A stretch of 64,000 nt of DNA from an uncultured Acidobacteriota bacterium (GTDB taxonomy: Bacteria; Acidobacteriota; Thermoanaerobaculia; Multivoradales; UBA5704), in the NCBI GenBank assembly GCA_963700145.1, contig OY969474.1, forward strand, positions 2,720,001-2,784,000, written 5' to 3'. The notes beneath the pieces were generated by a model. That model did not search any database, had not been told where the DNA came from, and was given only the letters and a program-made list of their open reading frames with translations. Made by a program: the position numbers and the translations under genes. Below are positions 20,026 through 29,984 of the stretch, one piece after another. Every line of letters starts with the position of its first letter. The first letter of the stretch is position 1.

Positions 20026-21753
20026 CTAGCACGGGGGCTCGGGGGGTTCCTCCGGCTCGGGGGGCTCAGGAGTTTCGTGCCGCTCGTAGCGGCGATCGCG
20101 CTCGTGATCGCGGCGCTCTTCTTCGAGCTCTTCCCGCAGGTCTTCCATCGCCTCGCGGACGCCTTCCAGGGCGCCGTGCTTGATGGCTTCGATGGCTTCG
20201 CTGTGGGCTTCGACGGCGTCGGCGATGGCTTGGAGCTCGCGTTCGGTGGGGCGGGTGGCTTCGGCGAGGCGGCGGGCGGCTTCTTCGAGCTCGCGCTTCT
20301 CGCGCGGCGTCAGGCGTACGGTCTCGGCGATGCGCTTGGCGTCGCGGACGATGTGGCGGAGGTCGCCTTCGAGGAACTCGGCGTGACGCTCCAGGATCCT
20401 CTCGACCTCGCGGGTGATCGCCACGATCTCGTGCTCGGAGATGCGCTCGACTTCGCGCTCGAGGTGACGGACCTGCGGCTCGATGCGGATGGCGATGTCG
20501 GCCGTGCGGCGGGCGATCTCCTCGGCCATGCGCTCGATCTCTTCGATCCGCTCGCGCTCCAGCCCCGGGTGCACGGTGACGTGGCGGATGCGCTGGCGGC
20601 GGACCTCGCCGATCTCGGCTTCCTCCGCCGGCTCCGCGGGCTCGGGGGCTTCCGCCGGCTCGGGCGGCTCGACGGCGGCGGCGGTTCCCGCGGACACGCC
20701 GGGCGCCGCCAGGACGACGACGAGCAGCGCCGCCGCCAGCGCCGCGGTCACCCAGGGCGCGCGTAGCCGCGGCTCGGCGGCGTGCTCGTCGAGCAGGCGG
20801 CGGATGCGCAGCGCGAGCTGCGACGGCCGGCCGGCCATGCCCGGGGCCGGCAGCGCCGCCCCGCGCCCGGCGCCGACCGACCAGTGCGCGACCTCGGTCA
20901 GGCACTGCGCCAGCGACAGCGCGCTGCCGACGCGGCCGACCGACCACTCGTCGCACTGCAGCTCCGAGATCTCGCGCAGCCGGCGGAGCGCCAGGCGGTT
21001 GAGCGGCTGGAGGAATGCGACCGCCGCCACGAGCTGCCCGGCGAGGAGCCACGCCGGATCGCGCCGCGCCAGGTGGCCAAGCTCGTGCGCGAGGAGGCCA
21101 GCGAGCGGCTCCTCCTCCAGCTCGGCGTAGGCGCGCGGCGGCAGGGCGATCTCCGGCCGGCGCACGCCCATCGCCACCGGCACCGGCAGGCGCGGCGCGC
21201 AGGTCAGGCGCACCGGCTGCGCCAGCGGCGCCAGCCCGGCCAGCCGGGCGAGGAGGCGGAAGGCGACGCCGCCGGTGACCTCGGCGCGGCCGCGCAGGCA
21301 GCGGCGCAGGAGCAGGTACGAAAGACCGAGCCGTCCGAGCAGCACCAGCGCGCCGGCGGCCCAGAGGGCGAGGAGCGCGGCGGGCCAGTAGGCGCGGCGC
21401 GCCGGCGCAGGAAGACCAGGAACGGAAGGCTCAGCGGCCGCGGCCGCCCCGGGAACCGGCGCCGCGACCGTCGCGGGCGCCGGGACGCCGGCCTCGAACC
21501 GCTCGGACACGACCGGCGACGCCTGCACCCGACTCTCCTCACCCGTTCTCGTTTCCAGCTCCCAGCTCCCGGCCAGCGGCCGCCAGCCGGTGCCGACCTG
21601 GAGCGTGGCGGTGAGCAGCGCGCCGAAGAGCGCGGCGCGCCAGACCGTCTCCTCCAGCGCCAGCGAGCGGCGCGCGAGGCGGGGCGCGGCCAGCGCGGCG
21701 AGCGCCAGCAGCAGCGTGCTGTGCAGCAGGTAGGTGAGGAGCCAGGCGGTCAT
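20026..21753 (-). CDS. M56-family (BlaR1-like) metallopeptidase with helical C-terminal domain
   Basis: TM helices; HELGHLARRD; E..CD. Coupled to blaI. Confidence 0.9.
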   Translation of the reverse strand: MTAWLLTYLLHSTLLLALAALAAPRLARRSLALEETVWRAALFGALLTATLQVGTGWRPLAGSWELETRTGEESRVQASPVVSERFEAGVPAPATVAAPVPGAAAAAEPSVPGLPAPARRAYWPAALLALWAAGALVLLGRLGLSYLLLRRCLRGRAEVTGGVAFRLLARLAGLAPLAQPVRLTCAPRLPVPVAMGVRRPEIALPPRAYAELEEEPLAGLLAHELGHLARRDPAWLLAGQLVAAVAFLQPLNRLALRRLREISELQCDEWSVGRVGSALSLAQCLTEVAHWSVGAGRGAALPAPGMAGRPSQLALRIRRLLDEHAAEPRLRAPWVTAALAAALLVVVLAAPGVSAGTAAAVEPPEPAEAPEPAEPAEEAEIGEVRRQRIRHVTVHPGLERERIEEIERMAEEIARRTADIAIRIEPQVRHLEREVERISEHEIVAITREVERILERHAEFLEGDLRHIVRDAKRIAETVRLTPREKRELEEAARRLAEATRPTERELQAIADAVEAHSEAIEAIKHGALEGVREAMEDLREELEEERRDHERDRRYERHETPEPPEPEEPPEPPC

Positions 21754-22136
21754 CGCTTCTCCTTTTTGGCGTGGGCGGCGATCAGCGTGCGCAGGCGCGC
21801 CAGCTCCGCGCGGTCCACGTCGTGCTCGGACAGCAGGTGGCTGACGAGGGCGGTCACGTCGCCGCGGAAGAGCTGCGCGGTCAGCTCGGCGACCGCCGAG
21901 CGCGTGACCTGGTCCTCGGAGACGAGCGGCCGGTAGACGAACCGGCGCCCTTCGGTGCGGTGCTCGACGACGCCCTTGCGCTCCAGCTTCTGGAGCATGG
22001 TGGCGATGGTGGTCGGCGCGAGGCCGCGCGCCGCGGCGAGCGCCTCGTGGACGTCGGCGACGGTCGCCTCGCCGTCGCGCCAGAGGACGCGCAGGATGGC
22101 GAGCTGCAGGTCGCCGAGGCGGTGGGATCGGCTCAT
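21750..22136 (-). CDS. blaI: BlaI/MecI/CopY-family repressor
   Basis: LGDLQLAILRVLW...ATV.DV...TTIATML.KLE.KG.V...Y.P. Confidence 0.9.
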   Translation of the reverse strand: MSRSHRLGDLQLAILRVLWRDGEATVADVHEALAAARGLAPTTIATMLQKLERKGVVEHRTEGRRFVYRPLVSEDQVTRSAVAELTAQLFRGDVTALVSHLLSEHDVDRAELARLRTLIAAHAKKEKR

Positions 22137-22151
22137 GACGACCGGGATAGT

Positions 22152-22165
22152 ACTACCGCGGTAGT
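22152..22165. promoter_or_regulatory. Probable BlaI operator, perfect palindrome ACTACCGCGGTAGT
   Basis: 14-bp palindrome 15 bp upstream of the blaI start codon. Confidence 0.65.
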
Positions 22166-22233
22166 TTTGAAGGCAAGAGAACGGCGCGCACGCCAGGAAC
22201 TACGTGAAAGGCGGCGCAGGGTTTCGGCCGAGA

Positions 22234-22304
22234 AAACGCCCGGCACGTAGGCCGGGCGCTACAACGCCGGTCTCCGTAGCGCCCGGCCCACGTGCCGGGC
22301 GTTT
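22234..22304. repeat. Inverted pair of GTAG-type REP sequences (REPIN-like)
   Basis: cgcccggcacgtaggccgggcgctac and gtagcgcccggcccacgtgccgggcg are near-perfect reverse complements. Confidence 0.65.
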
Positions 22305-23559
22305 ACGTGAGCAGCGCCAACCGCTTCCCGGTCCAGCCGGGGAAGAGGGCGCCGTCGTCGCCGATCCCCAGGTGCTTGCCGGCCACTTCGCAGAAGACGG
22401 CGCGGAAATCGGTCGTCACCGGCAGGTCGCGCCCTTCGTGGAGCGCGTCGGGCGAGAGCCCCGGCAGGTTGCCGTGCACCCTGCCGCCGGCGACCTGCGA
22501 GCCGAGGACGAACATGCAGGAGCCGTGGCCGTGGTCGGTGCCGCCGGAGCCGTTCTCGCGCACCGTGCGCCCGAACTCGGTCATCGTCATCAGCACGACG
22601 TCGTCCTGGTAGGCGCCGAGGTCGGTCCAGAAGGCGGCGATCGACTGCGCCAGGTCGGCGGCACGGCGGGCGAAGGTGCCGCGCGTCGCGCCCTGCGCCA
22701 CGTGGGTGTCCCAGCCGCCCGACTCGGCGAACGCCACCTCTAGCCCGACCTTCGCCTTGACCAGGAAGGCGATCTGGCGCAGCGCCTGCCCGAGCGGGCT
22801 CTGCGGGTAGTCGGCGCCGGCGGCGGGGCGGTAGGCGGCAAGCTCGGAGGCCGCGAGGATCTCGACCGCCTCGAAGGTCTCCCCCGCCGTCTCCTGGAGC
22901 AGCTCCGGCGCGGTCCGGCGGTAGAGCGCTTCGAACCCGGCGCCGGCCGCCGCCGCGGCGCGCTCGGCGCCGGGGAGGCGGACCTCGAAGCGAGACAGGT
23001 CGGTCACCGCGATCGCCGGCGCGGCGCCGTAGAGAGCGCGCGGCAGCGCCGGGGTGAGCGAGACGGCGCGCAGCGGCGAGGCCTCGTGGCCGAGGAGGCC
23101 GACGGCGCGGTTGAGCCAGCCGGACGGCGTCCCCTTCCGCCCCGGCGTGCCGGTCTCCATGTAGTCCTGGGCGTCGAAGTGCGAGCGCGTCGGGTCGGGC
23201 GAGCCGACGGCATGGACGACCGCCAGCCGCCGGTCGCGCCAGAGCGGCAGCAGCCCCGCGAGCGCCGGGTGGAGCGCCCAGCCGGTGCCGAGGTCGAGCG
23301 CCTGCTCGTCGCCGGCGGCGCGCGCCGCCGACACCGCGAGGCGCGGGCGGAGGCGGCCGAGCACGGGCTCGGCGACCGGCGCGACGGCGGCGAGGCCGTC
23401 CATGGCGCCGCGCTGGAAGATGGTGACCAGCACCTTCCGCCGCCCGAGCGGCGCCGGCAAGGCCGCCGCGCGCACGGCGCGCACCAGGAAGCGCGGCCCG
23501 GCCCCGAGGCCGAAGAGAGCGATGCCGCCCGCTTTCAGGAAGACTCTGCGCGTCCACAT
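22303..23559 (-). CDS. DUF1501-family Tat-exported protein
   Basis: TRRVFLK; FQRGAMDGL; RSHFDAQ; GGWDTH; TEFGRT..NGS.GTDHG. Confidence 0.9.
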   Translation of the reverse strand: MWTRRVFLKAGGIALFGLGAGPRFLVRAVRAAALPAPLGRRKVLVTIFQRGAMDGLAAVAPVAEPVLGRLRPRLAVSAARAAGDEQALDLGTGWALHPALAGLLPLWRDRRLAVVHAVGSPDPTRSHFDAQDYMETGTPGRKGTPSGWLNRAVGLLGHEASPLRAVSLTPALPRALYGAAPAIAVTDLSRFEVRLPGAERAAAAAGAGFEALYRRTAPELLQETAGETFEAVEILAASELAAYRPAAGADYPQSPLGQALRQIAFLVKAKVGLEVAFAESGGWDTHVAQGATRGTFARRAADLAQSIAAFWTDLGAYQDDVVLMTMTEFGRTVRENGSGGTDHGHGSCMFVLGSQVAGGRVHGNLPGLSPDALHEGRDLPVTTDFRAVFCEVAGKHLGIGDDGALFPGWTGKRLALLT

Positions 23560-23570
23560 GGCCGGCTCTC

Positions 23571-25478
23571 CTACCGCCGCTGGAACTCGGGCGAGCCCAG
23601 GATCACGCCGACGGCCTCCACCCGTGGCGCCAGCTCGGGGTCGTCCACCATCGGCTCCAACGTCGCGATCACGCCGTCGAGCGCGCGGCCGGGCAGGAGA
23701 AGCGGCGCGTAGAGGGCGACGGCCTCTTCGCGCGTGGCCGGCTCGCGGCCGCCGCTGAGGGCCCCGAGGTCGAAGCGCACGCCGCGCACGCCGCCCGAGG
23801 CGAGCTGGAGGCCGAAGTTCATGCGGTTCAGCAACGCCCCGGTGTTGACCCAGGCGTCGGCGCGGTCGGGGAAGCCGGTCGGCGCCGAGTAGGCGTAGAG
23901 CCGCTGCCCCATCTGCGCCGTCCACTGCAGCAGCCCACGCGGGTCGGCGACCTCGGCGCCCAGCGCGCGCACCGCCGAGACCGCCAGCTCGAACGGGCTC
24001 TTGATCTTGGCGCCGCGCGTCCCCTCGGCCCAGAACTCCGGCGACTCGGCGATCGCCCGCACCACCCGGCGGAGGTCTCCGTTCGTCTGGGTATAGACCG
24101 CGGCGAGGCGCTCGACGAGCGCCGCCGGCGGCTCGTCGCCGACGAAGCGGACGGCGAGCTTGCGCGCCAGGTGCCTGGCGGTCGCCGGGTGCCTGGCGAG
24201 GAGGTCGAGCACCTGCCGCCCCTCCTCGACGCCGCGCCCGGCCGGAAAGCGCTGGCCGAGCACCGTTTTGGCGCCGGCGTCGTGCAGGTCGGCGCGGAAG
24301 AGGAAGGCGCCGTTGCTCTCATAGCCCATCGCCGCCAGGCGCTCGGCGCGGGCCGGCGCCGCCTGCGCGGCGCGGCGGCCACCGCCCAGCGGCATCAGCG
24401 TCCAGCCGGTGAAGGCGCGCGCCACCTCGACGACGTCCTGCTGCGTGTAGCCGCCGTCCACGCCGAGGGTGTGGAGCTCGAGCAGCTCGCGCGCGTAGTT
24501 CTCGTTCAGGCCGCGCGGCCGCTGCCGCCGCCGCTCGGGGGGCGCGGCCGCCGCTAAGGTGGGCTCCGCCGCCGTGCCGCCCGCGCCCCGCATTTCGGGC
24601 AGCTCCGGAATAGCGCCGCCGGCGCCGCCGCGCACCTCCGGCGGCCGCCGCCGTCCGCCGCGCCGCCGCTCCGTCATATCCGGCGCCAGGGTCGCCGTCC
24701 CCTCGGCGGCGCTCGACTGCGCGTTGTCGAGGTAGACGAGCATCGCCGGGTGCTGCGCGGTGGCGCCGAGCATCGTGCGGAACTTGCCGAGGACGTGCGG
24801 GCGGATCGCGTCGCGCTCGTAGGCCAGGAGGTAGGTGCGCGTCCGGTTGTCGGTCAGCGAGACGTTGAAGTGGTTGAACCAGAAGTCGACCAGCACCTCG
24901 GCGAGCTGGTTCTCGGCGTAGACGGCGCGGTAGAGCTTCTGCGCCATGAGCTGGCCGAGCAGCTCGCGCTCGGGGCGGTAGCCCTGCTCGCGCGCCCAGC
25001 GCATCACCGCCCGGCGGGTCTCGGCGCGCGCGGGGTCGCGCACCGCCTCGCCGGTCTCTTGCATCACCTCACCCGTGTCCTGCATCTCCGCGCCGGCGCC
25101 GCGCCCCTCGACGACCCCGGCCCGCCGCGCCTCGGCGAGCAGCCGCGGTGGCCGCGGGAACTGCCGCGCCATCTCGGCGGCGCTCATCTCCAGCGCGTCG
25201 AGTTGCGCGAGACGCCGGTCGAGGTCGCGGTCGGGGAGGTCGGCGGCGAGCTGCCGCTCCAGCCAGCGGTCGAGCCCCATCGCCACCACCTTCTCGACCT
25301 CGCCGGGCCGGGCGCCGAAGGCGAAGCGGTCGAGAAGGTGCGCGGCGGCCTCGCGCTCGCTCCAGCCGGCCTCGCGCCAGGGCATGTGGAGGGCCGAGGG
25401 CGCCGGCGCGGCGGCGGCGGTCAGGAAGACCGCGGCGAGGGCGGCGGCGAAAGTGGCGGTCAGGAGTCGTGCGCGCAT
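23571..25478 (-). CDS. DUF1800-family protein
   Basis: FWFNHFNV; ML.YLDN; NENYARELLELHTLG; KSPFE; SPEFQRR. Confidence 0.9.
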   Translation of the reverse strand: MRARLLTATFAAALAAVFLTAAAAPAPSALHMPWREAGWSEREAAAHLLDRFAFGARPGEVEKVVAMGLDRWLERQLAADLPDRDLDRRLAQLDALEMSAAEMARQFPRPPRLLAEARRAGVVEGRGAGAEMQDTGEVMQETGEAVRDPARAETRRAVMRWAREQGYRPERELLGQLMAQKLYRAVYAENQLAEVLVDFWFNHFNVSLTDNRTRTYLLAYERDAIRPHVLGKFRTMLGATAQHPAMLVYLDNAQSSAAEGTATLAPDMTERRRGGRRRPPEVRGGAGGAIPELPEMRGAGGTAAEPTLAAAAPPERRRQRPRGLNENYARELLELHTLGVDGGYTQQDVVEVARAFTGWTLMPLGGGRRAAQAAPARAERLAAMGYESNGAFLFRADLHDAGAKTVLGQRFPAGRGVEEGRQVLDLLARHPATARHLARKLAVRFVGDEPPAALVERLAAVYTQTNGDLRRVVRAIAESPEFWAEGTRGAKIKSPFELAVSAVRALGAEVADPRGLLQWTAQMGQRLYAYSAPTGFPDRADAWVNTGALLNRMNFGLQLASGGVRGVRFDLGALSGGREPATREEAVALYAPLLLPGRALDGVIATLEPMVDDPELAPRVEAVGVILGSPEFQRR

Positions 25479-25552
25479 CGGGTCGTCTCCTCGCGGGAGG
25501 AACAGGCCAGCCGGGAAAACCCTGCGGCTATGATGCCGCGGATTCCCCGCCG

Positions 25553-25984
25553 ATGGACGACCGCCGGCTCGCCGCGCTGCTCAACCTCTACCCGCCCTAC
25601 CTGGGCGCCGGGGTGCGGGTGCGGCGTCTCCCGGACGGCTTCGAGTCGCGGATGAAGCTCCGCTGGTGGAACCGGAACTACTTCGGCACCCACTTCGGCG
25701 GCTCGCTCTACACGATGTGCGACCCGTTCTTCACCCTCATCCTGGCGCAGCGGCTGGGGCGCGGCTACCTCGTCTGGGACAAGGCCGCGACGATCCGCTT
25801 CCGGCGGCCGGGGCGCGGCACCGTGACGGCGCGCTTCGAGATCCCGGCGGCCGAGGTCGAGGCGATCCGCCGCCAGGCCGAGCCGGGAGCGCCGGTCGAG
25901 CCGGTCTTCACCGCCGAGGTGCGCGACGCGGCCGGCGAGGTCGTGGCGGAGGTCGAGAAGCTGTTGTGGGTGCGGAAGAAGTAG
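25553..25984 (+). CDS. Hot-dog fold thioesterase-like protein (DUF4442/YiiD-like)
   Basis: NLYPPYLGAG; NRNYFGTHFGGSLY...DPF; VWDK.A.I.F..PG. Confidence 0.85.
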   Translation: MDDRRLAALLNLYPPYLGAGVRVRRLPDGFESRMKLRWWNRNYFGTHFGGSLYTMCDPFFTLILAQRLGRGYLVWDKAATIRFRRPGRGTVTARFEIPAAEVEAIRRQAEPGAPVEPVFTAEVRDAAGEVVAEVEKLLWVRKK

Positions 25985-26011
25985 CGCCCTAAGCCGGCTC
26001 AGGAGACCGGC

Positions 26012-27619
26012 TCAGCCCTTGCTCTGCGAGATCTGCCGCCGCAGCAGCTCGTTCTCGAACGCCATCCCGACCTGCGCCGTCGCCAGCTCCAGGATGTCGA
26101 TGTCCTCGACCGGGTCGTCGCGCTCGCCGTTGTCGGCGTAGATCAGCGAGATCACCCGCTGCGCGCCGAGCACCGGGAAGACGACCACCTGGCCGTTCTT
26201 GGGGCGCCCGACCAGCGAGCGGAAGGGCTCCGGCAGCCGCGCCTCCTCGAACGACACCGACTGCACCTCGCCGGTCTCGTACCCCACGGAGAGCACGCTC
26301 TCGCCGTCGAGCGGCAGCTTCAGGCCGCGCGTCAGCTCGGCGAGCGAGCGGCCGTCGCGGTCGGTGCCGAAGGCGCCGAGCGCCGCCATCTGCTCGCGGC
26401 TGACGAGGAAGAGCACCGCCCGCTCGACCGACTCCGAGATGATGTGCATGAGGTTGAGCGCGACGGTGGCCGAGATGAGCCCCGAGCGCAGGTCGCCGAA
26501 GACCCGGCGCAGGCGCGCCACGCCGGAGCGCGGGTCGTCGGCGCCGCCGGCCGCCTCGCGCCGGCTCTCCACCAGGTTCTCGACGCAGGCCACGACCGCC
26601 TCGGTCTCCGGCGGGATCGCCGCCAGCGCGCCGGCGGCGTAGACCTTGGCGAGCGGCATCCCCGGCTCGACCACGGCCACGACCGACGCCCCCGGCCGGG
26701 CGCGGCGCAGCGACACCACCTGCGACAGCGTCACGCCGTTCTCGCGGAGGTCGAGCAGCACGATCGGCGGCGTGTCGCCGAGCGGCACCTTCCCCGCCTC
26801 GGCGAGCGCCACCGCCCGCGCGCCGGCGACGTCGCGCAGCTCGCCGAGCGCGCCGGTCACCCGCGCCGCGAAGTCGCGGTCGGGCGAGACGACCTGGAGG
26901 TGGAAGGCCTCGACGGCCGGCCGCGTCCCCGCCGCCGCGAAGAGCTGCTCGAGCTCGTCCCCCTCCTCCTCGACGACCGCGGCGAGCGCCGCCCGCACCC
27001 GCGCCGCCGCCGCGGCCGGGCTCGTCGCCGGGGGCGGCACCGCCGGGCGCTCGCTGCCGGGCCAGCGCCGCTCGCCGCCGGCCTCGCCCGCGCCGCCCTC
27101 GCCGCCGAGCCGGTTGCGCTCGTCGAAGATGCGCGCCGCCTCGAGCAGCACCATCTGGGTGTTGATGTCGGCGTCGGGGATCACGTCGCCCGGGTAGAGC
27201 GCCACGTCGTCCACCGGCCGCAGGTCGCCGACCGCGAACTCGAAGGTGCCGCGGTCCCAGGCGATGATCTCGGAGACCGCCTGCTCGATCTGCCGCACCA
27301 CCGCGTTGCGCAGCGCCTGCGGCTCGATCGCTCCGCCGGCGACCAGCGTCTGCCCCAGCGTGCGCCGCTCGAGGGCCTGCTCCTGCGCCGTCACCGCCAC
27401 CGCCAGCGCCGCCGGCTCGACGAGCCCCGCCTCGACGAGCAGCTCGCCGAGCTGCGGCGTGCGCGGCGCCTGCGCCGAGACGAGCTTGCCGAGATGGAAG
27501 CCGATGAGGGCGCGCTCGCGGCTGCGGCGCAGCACCAGCGTCCCGGTGCGCCGCCCGAGGTGGATGAACTGCATGACGTCGGCGACCGAGACGTCCTGCA
27601 GGCTGCCGGAGATGCTCAT
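26012..27619 (-). CDS. DUF4388 + receiver-like + GAF domain signalling protein
   Basis: N-terminal ISGSLQDVSVADVMQ; C-terminal GAF (LIYADN). Confidence 0.8.
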   Translation of the reverse strand: MSISGSLQDVSVADVMQFIHLGRRTGTLVLRRSRERALIGFHLGKLVSAQAPRTPQLGELLVEAGLVEPAALAVAVTAQEQALERRTLGQTLVAGGAIEPQALRNAVVRQIEQAVSEIIAWDRGTFEFAVGDLRPVDDVALYPGDVIPDADINTQMVLLEAARIFDERNRLGGEGGAGEAGGERRWPGSERPAVPPPATSPAAAAARVRAALAAVVEEEGDELEQLFAAAGTRPAVEAFHLQVVSPDRDFAARVTGALGELRDVAGARAVALAEAGKVPLGDTPPIVLLDLRENGVTLSQVVSLRRARPGASVVAVVEPGMPLAKVYAAGALAAIPPETEAVVACVENLVESRREAAGGADDPRSGVARLRRVFGDLRSGLISATVALNLMHIISESVERAVLFLVSREQMAALGAFGTDRDGRSLAELTRGLKLPLDGESVLSVGYETGEVQSVSFEEARLPEPFRSLVGRPKNGQVVVFPVLGAQRVISLIYADNGERDDPVEDIDILELATAQVGMAFENELLRRQISQSKG

Positions 27620-27676
27620 GGCCTATTAGAAGGAGGTGCGCGCCCGCTGCGGCCGCGAGACAGGATGACCGGCCAC

Positions 27677-28441
27677 TTACTCGCCTCGCGCCAGCTTGAC
27701 CAGGCTCTCCAGGGTCCGCAGCTTGCGGTCCTGGGCGGCGAAGAGGCGGGCGGCGAACAAGGCCGAGGCGGCGTGCACCGAGAGCAGGTCGAGGAGGTCG
27801 CGGTCCTCGGCCCGCAGCTGCGGCTTCTGGTCGAGGAGCTTGAGCACGACGAGCGCCCCCACCACCGCGCCCTGCACACGCAGCGGCACGGCGGCCTGGG
27901 CGTCCGATCCGGGCGCCGGGCCGAGGCGCAGCACGCCGTCGCGCAGCGTCGCGTCCACCATCGGGTCGCCGCCGGCATAGCCGCCGCCGGCCCAGAGGCC
28001 GCTCCGCTCGCCCTCCATCCCCCCCTCCAGCGCCACCTCGCACCCCTCCTCGGCGTCGCGGCGCAGCAGCAGGACGAACCGCTCGGCGCCGAGCAGGTTG
28101 ATGGCGATCTCGGCGATGGCGGCCTGCACCTCGTCCGGCTCGAGGCTGGCGTGGAGCTGGTAGGCGGCGACGTAGAGGTTCATCAGCCGCCCGACCTGGT
28201 GCTCGGACTCGACCAGCCGGCTGGCCAGCTCGCGCACGTCCGACTCGGCGCCGGCGAGCCGGTGCTCGAGGTCGCTCTCGGCGCCGGCCGCGTCGTCCGC
28301 GCCGGTGGCGCCGGAGGCCGCGCTCGCCTGCTGCAGGTTCCCTTCGAGGATGCGCAGCAGCTCGCCGGCCCGCTCGAGCGTGGCGCGGAGCTGCTCGACC
28401 AGCTCGGAGCCGGCCGCCGCCGCCGGGAACCCCTCGCTCAC
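27677..28441 (-). CDS. Coiled-coil + GAF domain protein
   Basis: LYVAAYQLHASL; AAVPLRV.G.VVGAL; DRDLLDLL..HAASA. Confidence 0.8.
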   Translation of the reverse strand: MSEGFPAAAAGSELVEQLRATLERAGELLRILEGNLQQASAASGATGADDAAGAESDLEHRLAGAESDVRELASRLVESEHQVGRLMNLYVAAYQLHASLEPDEVQAAIAEIAINLLGAERFVLLLRRDAEEGCEVALEGGMEGERSGLWAGGGYAGGDPMVDATLRDGVLRLGPAPGSDAQAAVPLRVQGAVVGALVVLKLLDQKPQLRAEDRDLLDLLSVHAASALFAARLFAAQDRKLRTLESLVKLARGE

Positions 28442-28815
28442 TCCGCCGCCTCCGCCGGCTGCTCCAGGCGGGCGATGACGTCGAGGATCTCGTCGGACCG
28501 GAACGGCTTCTTGATGTAGGCGGCGGCCCCGGCCTCGAGCCCGCGGGCGGTGTCCTCCTCGCGGCCTTCGGTGCTGATGATGACGACCGGCGTGCCGTTC
28601 CCCTCGGCGCGCAGCGCGGCGAGGAACTCCAACCCATTCATGTTCGGCATGTTGATGTCGAGGAGGATCAGCTCGACGTCCGGGTGCTCGCCCAGCCGCT
28701 CCAGCGCCTGCCGCCCGTCCAGGGCGTAGACCAGCGGGTACTGCCGCAGCATCACCTCATACATCTTGTGCATCAGCTTGGAGTCGTCGACGACGAGGAC
28801 CTTCCTGGGCTGCAC
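28438..28815 (-). CDS. Single-domain response regulator (CheY-like)
   Basis: VLVVDDS; LLDINMPNMNG; ST; KPF. Confidence 0.9.
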   Translation of the reverse strand: MQPRKVLVVDDSKLMHKMYEVMLRQYPLVYALDGRQALERLGEHPDVELILLDINMPNMNGLEFLAALRAEGNGTPVVIISTEGREEDTARGLEAGAAAYIKKPFRSDEILDVIARLEQPAEAAE

Positions 28816-28993
28816 GGCATCTCCCGAGGGACGGGGCAGTCTAGGCCCAACGCGGGGGAGGCGGCAAGGCACATCCCTGGACTGGCCGGCAGGAGGCTTC
28901 GCCGGGCAGGTAGGGGTAAGCTCTCATTCTCGTGGACGACCGCTCCGGCTCTGCCGCGAGGTGCCCGAGATCCCGGCGACTAGGAGCCTCAGA

Positions 28994-29245
28994 ATGGCAA
29001 CGCTCACTCTCGATCTCCCGGAGGAAGTCTTCTCGGCCTTGCGCCGATCGCCCGAAGAGTTCGGCCGGGAGCTGCGCCTTGCGGCGGCGATCCACTGGTA
29101 CCAACGCGGCCAGATCTCCCAGGAGAAGGCGGCGCAGATCGCTGGGCTTGACCGCACCGACTTCCTGCTCGCTCTGGCGCGCGAAGGCGTAGACGCCTTC
29201 GTGGTGGACTTCGAGGACCTGGAGCGCGAGCTCGGGCGTGGCTGA
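28994..29245 (+). CDS. UPF0175-family antitoxin-like protein
   Basis: AAIHWYQRGQISQEKAAQIAGL.R.DF; RBS AGGAG; overlaps the PIN gene. Confidence 0.85.
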   Translation: MATLTLDLPEEVFSALRRSPEEFGRELRLAAAIHWYQRGQISQEKAAQIAGLDRTDFLLALAREGVDAFVVDFEDLERELGRG

Positions 29246-29723
29246 CCGCGCCGCCGTCAATGCCTCACCGCTGATCTTCCTCGCCCGAGCCGGACTTCTC
29301 GATCTCCTCCAACTGGCCGCTCCAGAGGTCGTCGTCCCCGCGCCCGTCGCCGATGAGATCAGCCGGCGCGGGCACACCGACCCGGCGGCGCAAGCCATGA
29401 TCTCTCTGAATTGGTTGACCGTGGTCGACGGTCCCGAGATCCCTTCCGTGATCCAGTCGTGGGACCTAGGTCCTGGCGAATCCGCCGTACTCTCCTGGTG
29501 CCATGCGCGGCCGGGAGTCGAGGCCATCGTCGACGATCTCGCCGCTCGCCGCTGCGCGGAGGCGCTCGGCTTGCCCGTTCGGGGCACTCTCGGCCTGGTG
29601 CTTCTAGGAAAGCGACACGGCCGGCTCGCCGCGGCACGCCCGGTGCTCGACTCGCTTCGAGCCTCCGGGATGCACCTTTCCGATCGTGTTATGGACCGCG
29701 CGTTGCGCTTGGTCGGCGAATAG
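29238..29723 (+). CDS. DUF3368 PIN-domain toxin-like protein
   Basis: NASPLI; LGPGE; DDLAARR.A..LG....GTLG. Confidence 0.85.
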   Translation: MADRAAVNASPLIFLARAGLLDLLQLAAPEVVVPAPVADEISRRGHTDPAAQAMISLNWLTVVDGPEIPSVIQSWDLGPGESAVLSWCHARPGVEAIVDDLAARRCAEALGLPVRGTLGLVLLGKRHGRLAAARPVLDSLRASGMHLSDRVMDRALRLVGE

Positions 29724-29769
29724 GGCTCGGTTGAGAGACGCCTACTGCCGTTAGGTCATTGAGGGGGAT

Positions 29770-29819
29770 CTGGTGGAGCCGATCGGGATCGAACCGACGA
29801 CCTCTTGAATGCCATTCAA
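29770..29819 (-). repeat. att site: duplicated 3' 49 nt of tRNA-Ala (50-bp direct repeat)
   Basis: Identical to 60696-60745. Confidence 0.95.
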
Positions 29820-29923
29820 AGAATGCGGGCTTGACGTAGCCTGCATGACTCTGACAAACTCCCTGTTCTACAATGACTTACGCGACATCAGGCCGGCTGG
29901 AGTTTGTCCCGACTTATGGCCGT

Positions 29924-29949
29924 GTGATTGCTATGTGATTGCTGGCGGC
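29924..29949 (+). promoter_or_regulatory. Probable integrase arm-type site GTGATTGCTATGTGATTGCTGGCGGC
   Basis: Identical 26-mer at 60628-60653; contains tandem GTGATTGCT. Confidence 0.75.
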
Positions 29950-29984
29950 GCCGATTGACTGCCCACTCAAAGGAGCCGGAAGAG

